Below, piece after piece: positions 1 to 10,200 of a stretch of 64,000 nucleotides of DNA. The stretch lies in sequence record PV806337.1; one strand, given 5' to 3'. The notes below the pieces were generated by a model. The model made no database searches. It worked only from the letters and a program-made list of their open reading frames with translations, and was not told the origin of the DNA. Each line of letters opens with the position of its first letter. Position 1 is the first letter of the stretch. The stretch comes from a phage. The position numbers and the translations under genes are program-made.

Positions 1-864
1 TATAATAGTCTCTCGATATTCAGGATGATTATACACATCGTTAGCACGTAATGCCCATGGTACGTTTTGATTTCCTGATAGCTCAACAGGCACGGAGTAC
101 CTATGGATTGTAGGAGCAACAGTATTATTAACCGGAGGACTAAAGATTTTATATCCAAAGAAATCTTTGAACATAACTTGCAAGCCATCCTTACGTTTTA
201 ACGTACCAGATAGTCCAATCTTGTAGCGAGCACATGATATTTCTAGGAAGTTAGTGAAAGTTGTAGCCACACAATGGTGAACTTCATCAACTATAACAGT
301 ACCGAATACTTTAGAAAGATTATTCGCATGTTTATTCACTGTTTGAATATTACTGACTACAATTGGTGGATCAATATTGTATTTCCCAGAACCTATGATG
401 CCCGGTTCAAACCCAAACCATTTACGAACTTCTGCCGCCCACATTTCACGAATGGATGTATTCGTACAGATTACCAAAGTTTTCTGGCCAAATTTATACG
501 CAAGTGCAAGGGCTAGGATAGTTTTACCAAATCCAGGCTTACCATTAATAATACAGGTATCATCGCATTCTTCATATATTGGAAGCTGATCTTCTTCACG
601 CAGCTTGAACTTAGGTTTTGGTATATCTACCGGAGCTAATGTGCGTTTATCGACTAATTCATATTTTATTCCTTTAGCATCTAGTAAGTCCAGACGCGTA
701 ATAGGAATCCACTTAATCTCTTTGGCAACAACACCACTATTCTTATACATAATAGGGTATTTACTAGTCATTGTCTCAATGTGATAAGTGGTTTGTTTAC
801 TACAATAATCCCAAAGTTCATCATCGGGCTTGAAATAGGCTTTATTAGATATAACAACCTTCAT
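1..864 (-). CDS. SF2 DExH-box helicase, N-terminal part (ORF runs off window start; T5 D10-like)
   Basis: Minus-strand ATG at 864-862 gives MKVVISNKAYF...; Walker A GKPGFGKT and DExH box VDEVHH in translation; frame open to position 1; start overlaps upstream stop (ATGA). Confidence 0.75.
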   Translation of the reverse strand, partial: MKVVISNKAYFKPDDELWDYCSKQTTYHIETMTSKYPIMYKNSGVVAKEIKWIPITRLDLLDAKGIKYELVDKRTLAPVDIPKPKFKLREEDQLPIYEECDDTCIINGKPGFGKTILALALAYKFGQKTLVICTNTSIREMWAAEVRKWFGFEPGIIGSGKYNIDPPIVVSNIQTVNKHANNLSKVFGTVIVDEVHHCVATTFTNFLEISCARYKIGLSGTLKRKDGLQVMFKDFFGYKIFSPPVNNTVAPTIHRYSVPVELSGNQNVPWALRANDVYNHPEYRETII

Positions 865-1358
865 AATTTTATTCTAAGTCTAGGAATTTCAGGCTCCTCT
901 TGATGGACTTGGTAAATAACAGGGCTATTATTTACCAGAATATAGCTTATATAAGCTGGAACATAGGATAATACAAATGGATATGGAACTTTAGCTACAT
1001 AGCATTGGTATTTTCCGTTGTAAATTCTAGCTGAATGCAAAACTTTAGAGGTGACAACATCATAAAACGTAGTTTTCTTCCAGTTAATAAGATTTCCATC
1101 AGAATCTATAAATTGGCTACGCTTTGACCCAACTAATTGAGACAACATGGATATTCTGCCCCTAATAGGATAGAGCTTATATGGTAATTCTTTCCGTTTC
1201 TCAAATAGAATAAGCCTACGTTGAGAAAAAGTGCCAGGCAACTTCCTGTTATCTAGTACATATTTATTATATCTTGTTGTAATTACGGAATAATCACCTT
1301 CTTGCTCAATTGATACAAAAGCCCGTAAAGCATATACGGGCAATTTGAAATCAAGCAC
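861..1358 (-). CDS. hypothetical protein (165 aa)
   Basis: Track ORF; GTG start overlapping polymerase stop; no recognisable motif. Confidence 0.5.
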   Translation of the reverse strand: MLDFKLPVYALRAFVSIEQEGDYSVITTRYNKYVLDNRKLPGTFSQRRLILFEKRKELPYKLYPIRGRISMLSQLVGSKRSQFIDSDGNLINWKKTTFYDVVTSKVLHSARIYNGKYQCYVAKVPYPFVLSYVPAYISYILVNNSPVIYQVHQEEPEIPRLRIKL

Positions 1359-3918
1359 CGAGAATCCTTCTCACGTTATCCAAATCTTTACATACAGCAA
1401 TAAACTTATCATCCTTGTATTTGCTATGATCTGGATGCTCTTTATCCATTGCAGCTAGTTTCTTATACTCGAATTCTGCATCAAGTAATACACCCTTGAC
1501 ATAACGAGTATATTCATCATCATCAATACAAGCGATTGATGGGTGCTGTTTCTTCATCTTACCACAAGAGTAGTCGCGAGAACCTCCAGCTTCAGAATCT
1601 GAATCAATACCAATCGGACAGCCAGGAATACTAATACCGCGGTCTTTCTGAATATTACGAATCAGGATTTCATTGTATTGGTCGATCAAATCCTCACGAA
1701 CAATAGCAACTACGGAGTCGTGAACCAGCATAACAATCTTCATCTCTTGTTCTAGGCCAAGAGAAATGATCTCATTATCTGCATCTACAGCACCTAAAAG
1801 GAGACTATCAGAAGAAGCAGACTGAATGATTGCGTTAAATCCAGAACGGATTTCTTCACCTTGAACACCACGGTCTTCGGAGTGGATATTATGCAGACGA
1901 CGTTTACGACCAAAGTGACTATAGATAAATCCATGATTCTTGATCTGATCATGGCACTTATCAATCCAACGCTTAAGCTGCGGGAACTGACCGAAGTAAG
2001 TTTCTATATACTCTTTAGCATCTGCAACCGTACACTCTACAAACGGTTCGCCTGTCTTAGCAGCCTGTTCCAGAAGAGCTTCGTTAACAGAATGAGCTAC
2101 TTTAGCTGGGCCAGAACCATACAGAATACCAAAGGTGATTGCTTTAGCTGCTTGACGCAGAGCTGGGAATAACTTTTTAACATCACGAGGCTCGCATTGG
2201 AGCTTAAATACCATGTGTGCGATGTTAGAGTGGAAGTCGGGGTATTTATCTGGTTCATTTCTCATGTTGATAAATACTTGTTGCATATTTCTATCACCAG
2301 ATAGAACAGCAGCATAATAAACTTCCGCAGTTGTTAAGTCCCATGCGATTACACGATACCCAGGAGGAGCTACTACACAACCCTTGATAATAGATTCATC
2401 ACGAGGTAACTGTTGCAAGTTCAGTTTACCGGAAGAACTCAGACGACCAGAAGTAGTCATATGTTCGTGGAAACCAGTACGAATGCAACCATCTGCATCA
2501 ATACTCAGAAGAATCTTCTCAACATAAGTAGAGATCAGCTTAGTTAGCTTACGAATCTCTAGTAGAGTCTTAGCAATTGGATGCTGCGTAGACAATTCGT
2601 TCAGAGCTTCTGCATCTGTAGAATCTGCTCCAGTATCCGTCAATTTACCTGTTGGAGTTAAGCCAACATAATCAAACAGAAGAACACGGAGTTGTTTAAC
2701 AGAGTTTGGGTTAAACGCTTCGTTCTGATCTTTCTCTAGCTGAACGACTTCTGGATAAGTATACAGTTTTTCACGAGCTTTATTCAGATTATGGGTTAAC
2801 TGGTACTGAGCTTCTTTTAAACGATCAATAGAAATAGGTACACCACGATCCTCAACACGCTGGAGAAATACACAACCAGGCATTAGGACATCATAATACA
2901 GACTACAAAGTTTTTCATTCTTCTCAATTTTTGGTAAGAAGAAGTTGTGCAAACGTATGGTAGCATCGGTATCTTTCGCAGCGTAAGGCCACATAATATC
3001 AAACGGAATTAAATCATAGGTGAAATCTTCTTTCTTGATTTTATGTGCTTTGCAGTAATCCTCTTTGAACTTATCTAGTTCGAAGTCATAGTCACCCATA
3101 TCGGTATACTTCATTGCTAGAGATTTCAAGCCATGAGTACCACGACGTTCATCTAGAACATAATGCTGCAACATAGTATCATGGAGCCTGCGTTCTTTAT
3201 GCGCTTTATCAAAAGTAAGTCCCAGATGGTACTTATAAAAGTGCATATCAAACTTCAGGTTGTGAAAAACAATAGTGTGGTTTTCACTATCCAGAATTTT
3301 CTGGAGATAATATACTGCAACCTCTGTGAGACAATCAGAATCGATATATACACCCTGATACTCTTGGTGAGACATAGAAACACCAAGCAGATAACCATCT
3401 CGACAGTATAGTGCTGAGGTTTCGGAGTCGAATGCGACAGGTCCGATAACCATATTATACACCATCTTGATATATTCTTCCGCCTCGTCAGGGTCAGTAA
3501 TAGGACGGTAATCACCAGCTTTTGCAATCTTCTCACGACCATTGATAATATCGTGGATATTCTCTACTGTTGCATCGAAAACTGGTTTCATTTCAGGCTT
3601 AAAGTGTAACTGGGCTGGGCTGATACTCGCAATCCAGTTAGCATATCCATTATACTCTACACGTTTACCGGTATAATCACCAATACCTTTCTTACCTGCA
3701 AAGTACAGGAAAGGTTCGGCACCTACTAGTATAACAAAATCATAATCATTAGGATCAAATGGGTTTTCTGGTGTTCCAATAGTAATGTGCTTTTTAAGCA
3801 AACGACCAGATAACTTCTCGTTACACATATGGAATACATCAACTTCCTCGCCGTATAGCTGGAAATGTTTATCATAACGAGTGTTATTTAGAGCTTTATC
3901 AACTACTGCGATTTTCAA
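1351..3918 (-). CDS. DNA polymerase, family A with 3'-5' exonuclease domain (855 aa)
   Basis: Exo motif VAFDSETSALY; motif B RQAAKAITFGILYGSG; motif C LVHDSVV; length equals the 855 aa I recall for T5 polymerase. Confidence 0.9.
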   Translation of the reverse strand: MKIAVVDKALNNTRYDKHFQLYGEEVDVFHMCNEKLSGRLLKKHITIGTPENPFDPNDYDFVILVGAEPFLYFAGKKGIGDYTGKRVEYNGYANWIASISPAQLHFKPEMKPVFDATVENIHDIINGREKIAKAGDYRPITDPDEAEEYIKMVYNMVIGPVAFDSETSALYCRDGYLLGVSMSHQEYQGVYIDSDCLTEVAVYYLQKILDSENHTIVFHNLKFDMHFYKYHLGLTFDKAHKERRLHDTMLQHYVLDERRGTHGLKSLAMKYTDMGDYDFELDKFKEDYCKAHKIKKEDFTYDLIPFDIMWPYAAKDTDATIRLHNFFLPKIEKNEKLCSLYYDVLMPGCVFLQRVEDRGVPISIDRLKEAQYQLTHNLNKAREKLYTYPEVVQLEKDQNEAFNPNSVKQLRVLLFDYVGLTPTGKLTDTGADSTDAEALNELSTQHPIAKTLLEIRKLTKLISTYVEKILLSIDADGCIRTGFHEHMTTSGRLSSSGKLNLQQLPRDESIIKGCVVAPPGYRVIAWDLTTAEVYYAAVLSGDRNMQQVFINMRNEPDKYPDFHSNIAHMVFKLQCEPRDVKKLFPALRQAAKAITFGILYGSGPAKVAHSVNEALLEQAAKTGEPFVECTVADAKEYIETYFGQFPQLKRWIDKCHDQIKNHGFIYSHFGRKRRLHNIHSEDRGVQGEEIRSGFNAIIQSASSDSLLLGAVDADNEIISLGLEQEMKIVMLVHDSVVAIVREDLIDQYNEILIRNIQKDRGISIPGCPIGIDSDSEAGGSRDYSCGKMKKQHPSIACIDDDEYTRYVKGVLLDAEFEYKKLAAMDKEHPDHSKYKDDKFIAVCKDLDNVRRILGA

Positions 3919-4011
3919 ATTTAATCTCCTCTTGGTAAGTAAGTATAACTTCAGTGTTTCTTCTCTAACTTACCAATATATTATATCAAAATATTGGGAT
4001 AATAGCAAATA

Positions 4012-4341
4012 CTATTTATAGGTGTGAAGTAATTTACGCATTTCATTGCGCTGCTTTTCTAGTACCCGAAATTCTTCATCTATACGCAGAAAAGCATCTA
4101 GCGCTTTCATAGATTGCTCAGTATTTTCTACAACAGCCCAATCATATGTTAGGTATACCTCTTGACCTGTATCTTTTACTTTAAAGTAAATATAAGATGC
4201 AGGTAATTTAGGATCACCAAATAAATGGAAATTCTTTCGTTTATTAAGGGACTCCAGTGTTGTAAACCGCTCTAGTTTAACCTCTTTGTGTGTTACACTA
4301 TCATACACTGGAACATCCGCATAAATATATACATATTCCAT
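4012..4341 (-). CDS. hypothetical protein (109 aa)
   Basis: Track ORF between polymerase and primase; no motif recognised. Confidence 0.5.
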   Translation of the reverse strand: MEYVYIYADVPVYDSVTHKEVKLERFTTLESLNKRKNFHLFGDPKLPASYIYFKVKDTGQEVYLTYDWAVVENTEQSMKALDAFLRIDEEFRVLEKQRNEMRKLLHTYK

Positions 4342-4367
4342 AGTAGCTCCTCAGTTATTTAGGACTA

Positions 4368-5258
4368 TTATACCAAATCTTTAAGCGATTCAGCAACTAA
4401 AATTTCAATACGTTTTGCTAACGTATCGACTTCTTCTTTATTTAAATCACCAGGATCCTTACCCTCTGGAAGTAAGAAGTTAGCAACTACAGGTGTTAAA
4501 CGTGTTTTTGTACGGATTAGTTTAGCCAGTGCTTGCGCAGCTTTATTACCAGAAGCATCATTATCTAGTAAGATAACAACAACTTTTACACCGGCAATAA
4601 TATAAGGACTGAACTTATCTGCAATGTTATCTGAAGTAAACTGATGTGTACCAAAGCAGCAAGAAGTATAGTCTATACCATTATCCTCTAGGTTCAGCAT
4701 ATCAAAGATGCCTTCAACTAGAATAAGAACTGGAGTATTATATCGTACAGGAAAAATTGGCGGTGAAACTTGTTTTGGTTTTACTAAGTATTTAGGAGGG
4801 GCAGAACTGTTTATAGAACGACCCAAAAATAGGATATTGCGTCCAACAGCATCTGTGATTGGGAATACAATTCTGCCTTCCCAGTCTGCTTGGTGTTGGA
4901 AAGCAAAATATTTCTTCAAGGTCTTAGAACTTATACCTCGGAAATCACCTTCGAAAAGGCAAGCAGATTCAGGAATTGCAAGATTCGTTGATCCATTCCT
5001 AATCTCTGAAATCTTTTTACGTACTTGCGATAGCCTTGGGGACTGTCGGTACTGAGTCTCATTAAAATAATGGTAAATGCTCGGTATACCTTTACCGAAG
5101 CCACAACTCAAGCAGTGCATAATACCTGTTTCAGGGTCAATACGCAAACTTGGGTGTTTATCGTCATGATCTGGATTGAGACAACAGATGAGGATGTCCC
5201 CACCTGTGTCTTTATATTCAATGCCTTTCAGATCAAGTAGTTCTGTTATTCTACTCAT
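4368..5258 (-). CDS. DNA primase (DnaG-like: CHC2 zinc finger + Toprim)
   Basis: Zinc finger CCLNPDHDDKHPS...HCLSCG; Toprim Glu (LILVEGIFD) and DxD (ILLDNDASG). Confidence 0.8.
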   Translation of the reverse strand: MSRITELLDLKGIEYKDTGGDILICCLNPDHDDKHPSLRIDPETGIMHCLSCGFGKGIPSIYHYFNETQYRQSPRLSQVRKKISEIRNGSTNLAIPESACLFEGDFRGISSKTLKKYFAFQHQADWEGRIVFPITDAVGRNILFLGRSINSSAPPKYLVKPKQVSPPIFPVRYNTPVLILVEGIFDMLNLEDNGIDYTSCCFGTHQFTSDNIADKFSPYIIAGVKVVVILLDNDASGNKAAQALAKLIRTKTRLTPVVANFLLPEGKDPGDLNKEEVDTLAKRIEILVAESLKDLV

Positions 5259-6778
5259 ATATCGCTGGCCTGTTCACCTGTTGAATTTTCAGTTTTGTCT
5301 TTCTTAGCACGTTTAGGTTGAGCCGGCTTATCCTTCTCAATAGGGATAACGAACTCAGCTTCCATTTGAGATATATCTTCCATTGCTAGATTGGTAGTGT
5401 TATCCATCCGCAGGGTTTCCCAGTTCATTTTAGGCATAAACTTCACGCTATCAGAAGAACGAGTCTTAACGAAGTCAAACATAATAGCACCTTGACCATT
5501 ATCAGCTTTTGCAGCATTAAGATTAGCAGCCATGTCTGCGGAATCAAGAATCCCCTTTGACATACGTGTTCTACCATCTTGATCGATCTGGTAAGGAGCT
5601 ACGCCAGCCACGTTATGTTTCTGGCAGATGGATTTGAAAGACGAGCTAACAACCATCTGTTCTTTCCAGTCATACATATCAATGGTTTTAGAATCTGGAA
5701 GTCGGGTTTGGTTAATATAGTCCAGTAAAGCTACTGTAACTTTATCACCATATCTAGCAACTAATTTATTTAATTCTACGTCAACTGTTGTAATGGACAG
5801 TTCAGGGTCATAAACGATAATCATAGGAGTATGTAGTTCATACCCTTCTATTAGCTTACTCTCCATATCGTAGAAATCACTCATCTTAGCCATTGTATAC
5901 TGTTTAACGAAGTTATCGAAAAGCTCTTCACCACCGTTGAACATTCTAGCTCTAGTTCTGGCTAATCTCAATAGAGCTGCACCTTCTAGAGTATTATTAC
6001 GCATTGCTAGTGCTGATACCCCGGCTAACATGGCTAGATTACGTCTAAATACTTCATGTTCTTTCATCTCAATTGAGAAGTATGGAGCAATATCTCCATT
6101 CAAATATTGCTGAACCTGTATGTTTGAACAGATAATGGATTTACCAGTACCACGCCAACCACCAAGCAGTAACGTTTCTGTGCGAGCTAAACCAATTTGA
6201 GCGTCGAACTCATTACAAATACCAAGAGCGATTAAGTTCAGTTTGGTATCTTCTTCTCTCTGGAAAATACGCATGTTATCTGCGTTGAATACTTTTCCAG
6301 TATTCGTTACTTTCTCTTCTAATTTTAAGTGAAGGGAGGCAACTCGGTTGAGAATTTCTCCCTGATCCAGCATTGTTAAATCTTGAAGCACGTCTGTTTC
6401 TAGAAGCTTCAGGAATAAATCCTGTGTATATTCAGCCTCTAGGACTTCAAGTGCCTGTTCCATGCTCACTTCTGGAATTTGAGTGTTAGCTAAGACGACT
6501 AGAGCTTGAGAAAGGCGGGCGTTCCTATTAGCTTCAAGCATAAGTGCGTCAATGGACGGCATTGTGTTATATTTTTTATAATAATTCTGGACGGCTTGGT
6601 AAATTGAGGAGAAAGCGTCATTAAAATGATCTTTATGCAGTTTTGAGAATGTTTCCAATGCTATTTGCTTCTGTTCGGAAGCTAGAAGCATCTTCAACAC
6701 TACAGCTTGCACGTTAAACAAGGTCATTCTCCTTTGCACGCTTTCGTGCCTTCTAAATGCAAAAAGGGGAAGGAGCAT
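5255..6778 (-). CDS. replicative DNA helicase (DnaB/RecA-fold, 507 aa)
   Basis: Walker A GGWRGTGKS; directly upstream of primase in same operon; strong RBS (AAGGGGAGGGGG) before ATG 6778. Confidence 0.7.
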   Translation of the reverse strand: MLLPLFAFRRHESVQRRMTLFNVQAVVLKMLLASEQKQIALETFSKLHKDHFNDAFSSIYQAVQNYYKKYNTMPSIDALMLEANRNARLSQALVVLANTQIPEVSMEQALEVLEAEYTQDLFLKLLETDVLQDLTMLDQGEILNRVASLHLKLEEKVTNTGKVFNADNMRIFQREEDTKLNLIALGICNEFDAQIGLARTETLLLGGWRGTGKSIICSNIQVQQYLNGDIAPYFSIEMKEHEVFRRNLAMLAGVSALAMRNNTLEGAALLRLARTRARMFNGGEELFDNFVKQYTMAKMSDFYDMESKLIEGYELHTPMIIVYDPELSITTVDVELNKLVARYGDKVTVALLDYINQTRLPDSKTIDMYDWKEQMVVSSSFKSICQKHNVAGVAPYQIDQDGRTRMSKGILDSADMAANLNAAKADNGQGAIMFDFVKTRSSDSVKFMPKMNWETLRMDNTTNLAMEDISQMEAEFVIPIEKDKPAQPKRAKKDKTENSTGEQASDI

Positions 6779-6800
6779 AGCCCCCTCCCCTTAGGTTTAA
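6764..6800 (-). promoter_or_regulatory. hairpin plus T-run spanning RBS and start codon of the DnaB-like helicase gene
   Basis: Minus-strand AAGGGGAGGGGG-CTATGCT-CCTTCCCCTT then TTTTT; start codon lies in the loop. Confidence 0.45.
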
Positions 6801-6809
6801 TTTACCAGA

Positions 6810-7577
6810 TTATTCAGCAGCCGCAGCTTTTGCATCCAGTTTAGCACGCTTAGCGGCACCATCATAGTCCTTAGCAACCAGACCACGACGAGACAGCATA
6901 GATTTAACACCGCGCTCAGACTTACCAGTTTTCTCAGCGATCTCAGCAACAGTCATGTTAACCAGATCCAGACCTTCTAACAGATCTTCACGAGTTTTAG
7001 CACTTGAGGTTTCCTGTACCGGCATAGCAGCGATACGACCTTCACGAAGCAGGCTCAGAGCTTTACCGCGGATCTGCTTAATATTACGACCGAAGTGAGC
7101 AGCGATAGCTTCAATAGTAGCACCAGCAACAACCTGATTAACAAAATCAGTTTCTTCATCTGGAGTGAAGGAACGAACAGCAGCAGCTTTTTCGGTTGGC
7201 TTAACAGAAGCGGTCATTTCCAGACTCAGAATCTTACCCTGTACCTGCTTAGCACCGAACTGACCACCAGCCACAGCAGCAGCGATTTCAGCATAGGTAT
7301 ACTGACCAGCATGAGCGTTCAGGAAATCAACCAGTTCAGCTTCCTGCTCAGGAGTCCACGGGGATTTCTGTACTTCGTTAGCTTTCTGTACTTCAAAACC
7401 TTCTTTACGCAGTTTAGAGCCAACAGAGCGAGCGGTAACATCTTTGCCAGTTTCAGCGGCCAGTTCAGCAGCGATAGCAGCTACTTGTTCTTGAGAGATT
7501 ACAGCAACACCCAGAGCAGTGGCTTTTGCTTTCAGAGACTCGGTTACACCTTCTACGTTCCAGTTCAGTTTAGACAT
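6810..7577 (-). CDS. DNA-binding protein with three internal HTH-like repeats (T5 D5-like)
   Basis: Three repeats (YAEIAAAVAGG..., IEAIAAHFGRNIKQIRGKALSL, VAEIAEKTGKSERGVKSMLSRRGL); Ala-rich; sits in replication module. Confidence 0.6.
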   Translation of the reverse strand: MSKLNWNVEGVTESLKAKATALGVAVISQEQVAAIAAELAAETGKDVTARSVGSKLRKEGFEVQKANEVQKSPWTPEQEAELVDFLNAHAGQYTYAEIAAAVAGGQFGAKQVQGKILSLEMTASVKPTEKAAAVRSFTPDEETDFVNQVVAGATIEAIAAHFGRNIKQIRGKALSLLREGRIAAMPVQETSSAKTREDLLEGLDLVNMTVAEIAEKTGKSERGVKSMLSRRGLVAKDYDGAAKRAKLDAKAAAAE

Positions 7578-8340
7578 TATTATTTTTCTCCAATAGTTCT
7601 TTAATCGACAGGATTTCTATCCCATTCGTTTCGGCTTTCTTATAAGATGAGGAAGAACGTTTTGATTCATCCTCACAGATTAGGTATTTGACGTCTTTGG
7701 TAACGGATTTCTTAACCGTGTATCCTAGACCTTCTAAGTAGTTTGTTGCATCCGTTCGATTTGCAAAATCTTGCAAAGATCCGGTAATACATACCGCGAT
7801 TCCATTTGGCTGGGCAACTAAATCATCAGTAACGACGGTTTTAGCTTTAGCACCAGTTGAGAATTTCCACGGTAATTCGATAACATCCTTGCCTTGTGGG
7901 GAATTTAGCCAGGCTTTATAATTTTCTCCAGCCTTGCCGTCAGCCTTCACATCATGGAAGCTAGTGCAATTTTGGGATAATTTCTTTGCTGCAACCTCTC
8001 CAATTAGAGGGATTCCTAAAGAACCGAGAACTGAACCAAAGTCAATGTCTCCGCGAACTTTAGTATTTAATTCGCTAATTAACTTAGCGGCAACCTTGCT
8101 ACCCACGGCTCTAACCAAATCTTCTTCGGTTAGGTAAAAGAGTTCTGAAATCTTCGTCAGCTCCAGCTTCTCAATAGTTTTCGGGCCAAAGCCCTTTAAC
8201 TTCATTTTTGAACAGAAGTTCTCAATTAACTTACTTGATTGCGCTGGACAGTTGGACTTATTCCGACAGAATAATTGTCCGTTGACAAGATCTAGCTTAG
8301 AACCACAAGAGGGACATTGTGTTGGAATTTCGATTTTCAT
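7570..8340 (-). CDS. ligB: NAD-dependent DNA ligase, C-terminal subunit (Zn finger, HhH, BRCT)
   Basis: C4 zinc finger CPSCGSKLDL...CRNKSNC, HhH-like GFGPKTIEKL, C-terminal BRCT-like region; track start 8343 is TTG, ATG at 8340. Confidence 0.8.
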   Translation of the reverse strand: MKIEIPTQCPSCGSKLDLVNGQLFCRNKSNCPAQSSKLIENFCSKMKLKGFGPKTIEKLELTKISELFYLTEEDLVRAVGSKVAAKLISELNTKVRGDIDFGSVLGSLGIPLIGEVAAKKLSQNCTSFHDVKADGKAGENYKAWLNSPQGKDVIELPWKFSTGAKAKTVVTDDLVAQPNGIAVCITGSLQDFANRTDATNYLEGLGYTVKKSVTKDVKYLICEDESKRSSSSYKKAETNGIEILSIKELLEKNNNV

Positions 8341-8370
8341 CAAATTTCTTCCTTATCAATTTATATAAAT

Positions 8371-8399
8371 ATTATAGCAAGTATTTAAGCATTTAGCAA
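8371..8399 (-). promoter_or_regulatory. T5-type promoter upstream of ligB
   Basis: -35 TTGCTA and -10 TATAAT on minus strand, 17-bp spacer, then RBS AAGGAAG. Confidence 0.65.
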
Positions 8400-8542
8400 C
8401 TACAATTTTAACTAACTTTGCTTACCCTCGCCATAACTTTCTATCCCTCAACTGAATGATAATAGTATATACCTAAGCGGCGAAAATGTCAATAACCACT
8501 TTATAATTCCGATATGGTAGATGGGTAGCAAAGGGTTATGTA

Positions 8543-9514
8543 TTAATCGTATACTCGCTCTACTATGCACGGGATTACACCACCAGCACGAATCACTCGA
8601 ATTTGGCAACCGATCTCTAGATCAAGAGAGTTAATATAATCAACGTTATTAAGAGTCGCTTTAACAATTGTAGCATCATCAATAATTACCGGTTCGAAAT
8701 AACCAACTGGAGTTACTTTACCAGAAGCCCCTACCTGCCATTCAACTTTAGTAAGAGTTGTAATCTCACCTTCTTCATCCTCTTTAATAGCGAATGCTCC
8801 ACGAGGGAATTTATTAGTCCAGCCTTCTCGGAAGAACTTGTTGTTGTCGTTAATACGAACAACTTTACCGTCCGTCGGAATCCATTTAAAGAAGGAACGC
8901 ACATTAACAACTGTTAAGAAGTTCTCATTCTCTAGCCAAAGCATATCTTTTAAATACGCTTCTGTAATACCTACAGATTCAGCAGAACACTGGATACCAT
9001 ATGCAACGAAGATTAAACCACCTTCCCCGATACGTTGTACAAAATCATCACTATCTTTGAGGTTAATAGCACCAGAGGCAAAGTTACGTTTATTTTCTAC
9101 TTCTTTTGTAATTAGAACTTCACCAGTGATTTGAGTAGGTACTTTTTGGGAAATCTTTTTAGGGATGTTCAGCAATCTTACGTTGCTTGTGACATCATTC
9201 CCTAGAATACCATTACCACGAGTTAGTGCTTGAACAAATTCGCCATTAATATATAACAGAGAAATCGCACAACCATCTAACTTATCAGTTTCTACTTGAC
9301 CTAACGGGTTAAATGGGGGTTTATCTCCACGATTATAATAAACTTTCTGTAAAGAATACATACGATACAGATGTGGAATATCACCCTTAGGTCCGATCTC
9401 TTCTTCTAACGGGAAGCGTTTTACCAGGCAATCATACTCCTCATCTGAGATTAAAGACATACCTTGATAATATGCTTCTTGGCAACGTTTAATAAAGTCT
9501 TTTACATTGGTCAT
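8543..9514 (-). CDS. ligA: NAD-dependent DNA ligase, adenylation/OB subunit
   Basis: KxDG adenylation motif (KLDGCAISLLY); N-terminal Ia-like region; separate gene from Zn/HhH/BRCT part, as in T5 split ligase. Confidence 0.8.
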   Translation of the reverse strand: MTNVKDFIKRCQEAYYQGMSLISDEEYDCLVKRFPLEEEIGPKGDIPHLYRMYSLQKVYYNRGDKPPFNPLGQVETDKLDGCAISLLYINGEFVQALTRGNGILGNDVTSNVRLLNIPKKISQKVPTQITGEVLITKEVENKRNFASGAINLKDSDDFVQRIGEGGLIFVAYGIQCSAESVGITEAYLKDMLWLENENFLTVVNVRSFFKWIPTDGKVVRINDNNKFFREGWTNKFPRGAFAIKEDEEGEITTLTKVEWQVGASGKVTPVGYFEPVIIDDATIVKATLNNVDYINSLDLEIGCQIRVIRAGGVIPCIVERVYD

Positions 9515-9787
9515 TTATTCTGCCTCATAGTATGTGGGTTGTCTAGTGGATCCGTGCCATGTATAATTTTTGCAAAGATGCAAATATGTAGTTTTTACTA
9601 GCCTATCTGACAACGGAGAGTATATTTCAGCTACTAATACTTCTTTTTCGTAATGAAGTGAAATCAGCTTATACCCACTTCTAGTTTTAGTATACTTTTC
9701 TCCATTAATCTTCTCCTCCCACATAAGTATAAGAGGCTGTCCGATGTACGGGAAAGGTTTAAGTGTACTTATACTTATCTTTTTCAC
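9515..9787 (-). CDS. hypothetical protein (90 aa)
   Basis: Track ORF, GTG start, own T5-type promoter upstream. Confidence 0.5.
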   Translation of the reverse strand: MKKISISTLKPFPYIGQPLILMWEEKINGEKYTKTRSGYKLISLHYEKEVLVAEIYSPLSDRLVKTTYLHLCKNYTWHGSTRQPTYYEAE

Positions 9788-9817
9788 TTTGCAACCCTCT
9801 CATTAATTTATATAAAT

Positions 9818-9846
9818 ATTATATAACAAAACTGAGTTGAAAGCAA
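9818..9846 (-). promoter_or_regulatory. T5-type promoter
   Basis: -35 TTGCTT, 17 bp, -10 TATAAT on minus strand upstream of 9515-9787. Confidence 0.65.
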
Positions 9847-9873
9847 GTACATTTATAAAGAAAAAGCCAAGAA

Positions 9874-10182
9874 CTAGGCATTCTTGGCTTTGAGTTCTTC
9901 AGCTCGTTTCTGTACTTCATGTAAAACCTCAGATTCGCTAAGAATCTGTGTAAACGCATAGAAAAGCTGTGATGTTGTTTCTAGGGTGTAAGGAAAAGAG
10001 AAGCCAGATTTCGTTGGAAACCATTCATCATTAATATCAAGAAGCCAGTAACGAATACCCATGTATAGATTCCCACGAAATTCAGATACTGTTAATCTTA
10101 CTTGTTCCCCCTCCTTCTCCCAAAGTATGATGGACTGGTCATCAACGTGTCCTTCATAGTTTTGATTTACCTGTTCGCTCAT
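9874..10182 (-). CDS. hypothetical protein (102 aa)
   Basis: Track ORF; no motif recognised. Confidence 0.5.
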   Translation of the reverse strand: MSEQVNQNYEGHVDDQSIILWEKEGEQVRLTVSEFRGNLYMGIRYWLLDINDEWFPTKSGFSFPYTLETTSQLFYAFTQILSESEVLHEVQKRAEELKAKNA

Positions 10183-10200
10183 TTACATATCCCAAATACA

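Noticed and set aside
274-589. Plus-strand track ORFs 274..516 and 377..589
   Set aside because: They lie antisense inside the minus-strand helicase gene, which has clear Walker A and DExH motifs; no RBS, so they look like chance ORFs
1861-3542. Track ORFs 1861..2172(+), 3163..3411(+), 3255..3542(-) inside the polymerase gene
   Set aside because: Embedded in or antisense to the 855-aa polymerase ORF with no translation signals
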